DNA from: Octopus vulgaris
Taxonomy: Eukaryota
DNA length: 64,000 bases
Direction: 5' to 3'
NCBI GenBank assembly: GCA_951406725.2
Contig: OX597815.1
Coordinates: 44,640,001 to 44,704,000 of the forward strand
Shown here in pieces: positions 59,680 through 64,000 of this stretch. Under the pieces are notes generated by a model. It was not told the origin of the DNA and made no database searches. It was given only the letters and a program-made list of their open reading frames with translations. The position numbers and the translations under genes were made by a program. Within the stretch, counting starts at the first letter, position 1, and each line of letters begins with the position of its first letter.

Positions 59680-60299
59680 ATCAGGACTCACGCCATTAGC
59701 CACAAAGAATAATCTTAAATTCGAGCCTACTCTAAGCTACTAAGAGTGCGTGTGGCAACTTGAAGATCCACCCACCACACGCGATAGACTGGCGGTTGCA
59801 CGGGCGCGAAAGTTATGTTGTTATCCTCTTTCCCTAAACGGTGGCTTTTAACGGGTGGAGAGCTGAACCATCCTGGAGTACAGATGATTAACAATCTAAA
59901 CTAGGGTCTGAAAGTTTACCAAACCATAGTGGGTTACACCATGGTTCCTCTGCTTTGTGGCAGAAGTAGGAAGAAAGAGTGAGAGAAAGTTATGGTGAAA
60001 GAGTATATAGTTTATCTAGTTTATCCAGATTTCCACTTAAACATTTATTCACAAAACCAAGTATTGATATAAATTTCAAAGATATATTCCCATCAGCAGG
60101 GCAACCTATGATGGTAAATAATTTTTGTCTGCCGCAAACAAAATCCAGCCTGTCATGTTTATATATGTACATACATACATGCATACATACATACATACAT
60201 GCATGCATGCATGAATACATACATACATACATACACACATACATACACACATACATACATACATACATACATACATACATACATTTATATTTTGTTTTT

Positions 60300-60830
60300 C
60301 AGACTATCAGATGTCTTTATATATCGCTGATCACAATTCGCTTCCAGTCTTCCCTTTATTGCACCCTTCTGTTCCATTTGATTTGGGCCCGGATTGTTCG
60401 ATTATGTCGTCTCTCCATTATATTGGAGATCTTCCTTGAAGTCCTCCGATCTCTTCGCTACCACTCAATTTCTTCACAGTCCATCTGTTATCTGCAAGTC
60501 TTGTGACTTGTCTCGCCCAACAGAATTTTTGCTTTTGGTATTCCTCGAACACATCGTCCACTCCACTCCGTCCTTGAAATACCACATTTCGAATATGCGC
60601 CTAGTATATTTATTTCCATGGATTTCTGTATCGTAGCCCGGTATGGACAGAAATTCGGAGCCACCTGTCGAATCAATCACTCTGATGACTATTTCAAAAC
60701 ATAAGTTGAAGGGCTTTTAAGAGATGGTATCTCTTTGTTTGATGACCTTCCCGCCTGGAACGGATATGAGTTGTGACAGCAGAACTCTATCAGTGGTGTA
60801 CTCTGACTTCAATACTCTGAGAAGAAATTT
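60300..60830 (-). pseudogene. RTE-clade LINE ORF C-terminal remnant
   Basis: WARQVTRLADNRWT...GRSPI*WRDDI matches WAGHVxRxxDxRWT...GRPxxRWxDDI. Confidence 0.7.
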
Positions 60831-60903
60831 GCATTTTACTTTAATTCCTTGCATCTTCAGTGAATGTATGGAAATATAAACAAATATATATATATATATA
60901 TAT

Positions 60904-60950
<47 letters not shown>

Positions 60951-60954
60951 AATT

Positions 60955-60987
<33 letters not shown>

Positions 60988-62159
60988 GAGTGAGACAGAC
61001 AGACAGACAGACAGAGAGTGAGACAGACAGACAGACAGACAGACAGAGAGTGAGACAGACAGACAGACAGAGATATTCATGGTCATCCAGCATGACTCTC
61101 CCTAGACAAAACAAAATTCATTTCAGCACTGGAATTCACATAAAGAATCTTGCAAACGAGACACAAAAACGCAGTATATTTAATTTTCCGTCATAATAAG
61201 ATTCTAGTGCACGATTTTGTATTATAATTACGCAAGTATCAGGACTCATCTAACATTCATAATATGGGACGTGTAAAGAGTTCTACGAGTTCTACGTTAT
61301 GAGTCACACACTACCAAGTTCGTCATACGATCATTTGCTAACGTCTCATACTGCTTGCTTTATCAACATCAATCTCAGTGCAGGTGGGTGTTGATACATG
61401 ATCCAACGCATTATTTAACAGATAAACGAGATTTTTATCATGATGTAATTTATGATCTCCTTGTTATTTTTCACTTGTCAATCTTCCTGATTCCTCAGAA
61501 TTGACATTAAATTGCAAAATTATACTGCTTATTCTAATAGCGAACAGCACAAATAGAAATACTGTTTTTTTGTTTTTTTTTTGGTTTTGGGGTTTTATTT
61601 TTGCCTTTTCACTTGATAGAAAGATTTTAAAAATTACTTGATATGAAACATTATCACGTTCTTTTATTTCTAGGATTGTACATAATTGTATTCAATACAA
61701 CACTAAGTTCAGTTATTATTAATATTGGTTTCAAATTTTGGCACAAGGCCAGCAATTCTGTGAAAGGGTTAAATCGATTGCAACAACCCCAGTGCTCAAA
61801 TGGTACTTATTTTATCGGCCCCTAAAGAATGAGGCAAAGTCGACCTCGGCAGCATTAGAACTGAGAACGTAAAGACAAATGAAATACCGCTAAGAATTTT
61901 GCCCGGCGTGCCAACGATTCTACACCCTCACCGTCTTACTTCATATCTTAATAATCCCTTCTACCATAGACACAAGGCTTATAACTTTGGGGGAGGGGAT
62001 AGTACTTATTTCATAGACCCCGAACGGATAAAAGGCAAAGTCGACCTCGGCAGAATTTGAACTCAGGAACGCCACTAAGCATTTTGCCCGGTGTACTGAT
62101 CCATATCTTAATAATACTGCCTCATCTTGATTGCTTGAGTGAGATTGCCTACATTCAAT

Positions 62160-62420
62160 ACGGATTTTTAAAGTCTTCGAAATTCTGTGAAAAAGTATTT
62201 TTTAGTGTGGTCTTCCTTCATTTCTAAACTTTTGATTTTATCACACCCCTGTATTCCAAGATATTTTTATACTTCTACATTTAAAAACTTATACTACTAC
62301 CATCAGGTAGTTCTATTTCAGTACCATTTTTGCTCTTAAGGCTTTCTCTTCATCGCAGCACATTTCTCCATATCAAATATCATGACTATGTCGCTGCTAA
62401 ATATTCATACTTACATACTA
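62160..62420 (-). pseudogene. R4/Dong-like LINE RT remnant
   Basis: IFSSDIVMIFDMEKCA...IELPDG...KYLGIQGCDKIKSLEMKE resembles FSxDIGMxFGxxKCA...IELPxG...YKYLGI. Confidence 0.6.
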
Positions 62421-64000
62421 TTTTGCAAAAACGAAAAAGGATAATAATAGAAATATGTTCAATATAATGCAATGCTAGTTACGAGCTACAGACAGAAGTT
62501 ATTTACAAGGCATTTGCTATCTGTTGTATCATTATTATAAACAGAAAACACGAATGAGAAAGACAAGATGGAGTAAACAAAATAAGGCCAGAAAGAAAGA
62601 GAAGACACGGAGAAGAACAAATAGTCATTGAGGAGGTCACAGACTGTGTAACGAAAAAACATTGATAAAATAACCAATAACTAATGATTATAAGGCTGAA
62701 GTGAAAGTCAAATAGTGCGTGTGTTTTTTAACAAAATGACCGTCCCCAAATAAATATAACAATAGCTAATAAGTCATTCCATTTTTTATCTTCTTTTAAG
62801 ATGATGGTGTGTGATTTGTTTGGGATTTTGACCCTTGAATAATCCAGTAGATGCTTCTGTACTGAATGACCGCTATAGAAAGTATACTCCTTTGTACACT
62901 AAATTTGAAAGGAAAGGCGAATAAACATAAGTGTAATGGTTTTGCTCATATGTCTGCTTAGAGTTGATATGACATTAAATAACAATATAAAATAATAAGA
63001 TTCTCTATACAGTTTCAATGCTCGGTAAGTGTAAATGACTATAGTTTGTAAGCAAACAAGTCAGTACATACGGAATGCAGATGGTACAATCATTACAAAA
63101 ATAACTCTCAATGTTAAGCAACACTATAAGGGAAAGGGATTCATAATGACTTTTAAATAAAAAAAAGTTTCTAAAAAGCGAAAAAAAAAATGATGAAACC
63201 ACTGTTTGCAAAATTTCCCCCAAGGAATTTTTAATGCAGTCAGCACGCCTTGAACTACTAAGTTTGCGACGGTGCAATGCCATAGTTGCAAACAGGCATA
63301 AAGAGCTATGACAATGAGTGTCGCAGCTGTAAGTTTAGTAAAGTCGTTTAACTCTAAACGGCCGAGTCAGTTCAGCTGTAAAGAACAAAACTAGCACTGC
63401 GTCATTTGATGTTTACGATACTTACAATGTAGGGCTGAGATTTTGCAATGTGTAGTAAGCAAAACAAGAATAACTCAAATAATTTAAAGCATGGTAACAG
63501 AACCCTATAAATTGGGTGAAGCAGGAGAATATACTCAGTAAAATGTGGTGAGCTGGCAGAATTGTTAGCAAGCCAGGCAAAATTCTCAGCGGCATTTCGC
63601 CCACCTGCGTTGAGTTTAAAATCAGCCGAGGTCGACTTTACCTTTCATTATTTCGAGGTCGATAAAATAGTACCATCAAAAACATGGCATCTGAGATCGA
63701 TGTAATCGGCATACCCCATCTCCCAAAATTGCTGGCTTTGTGCCTAAATTTGAAATTAATATCTAAACATAGTGAGTGGATGAGCACTTAAAACAGAGTG
63801 GTGAGACAGCTGCGGAGAAAATTAATTAATTATAATATTATCATCCCGAGAGAAGTCAGTTAATTGCAATAATACTTTGTGGTATCTAGTTTCACTTCTC
63901 TACATTCTGAGTTCAAATCATGCCGAGACCAATTTCCCATTACATTCTTTCGGGATCGATAAGTAAGTATGATTGATATATTTTATCGATACAATCAATA

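Overview
AT-rich, microsatellite-saturated eukaryotic non-coding DNA. The SINE families look like those of coleoid cephalopods, most likely Octopus (inference). I found no credible host exon; nearly all listed ORFs are translated (CA/TG/TA)n repeats. The window is a mosaic of tRNA-derived SINEs, decayed mariner/Tc1 transposons, hAT-like MITEs, CR1/RTE/R4-type LINE remnants, Penelope-like element (PLE) remnants and about a dozen hammerhead-ribozyme (HHR) motifs. It also has several long palindromes, a 100-N gap and tandem duplications that look like uncollapsed haplotypes. The most striking signal is two sharply bounded patches in the C/A-rich tail of a PLE where most or many sense-strand A's appear replaced by G. 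This is the pattern expected if ADAR-hyper-edited RNA was reverse-transcribed into the genome. A candidate permuted (type II) HHR in a ~0.8 kb terminally repeated non-coding element is also notable. All alignments and folds were done by eye; coordinates of decayed elements are approximate.
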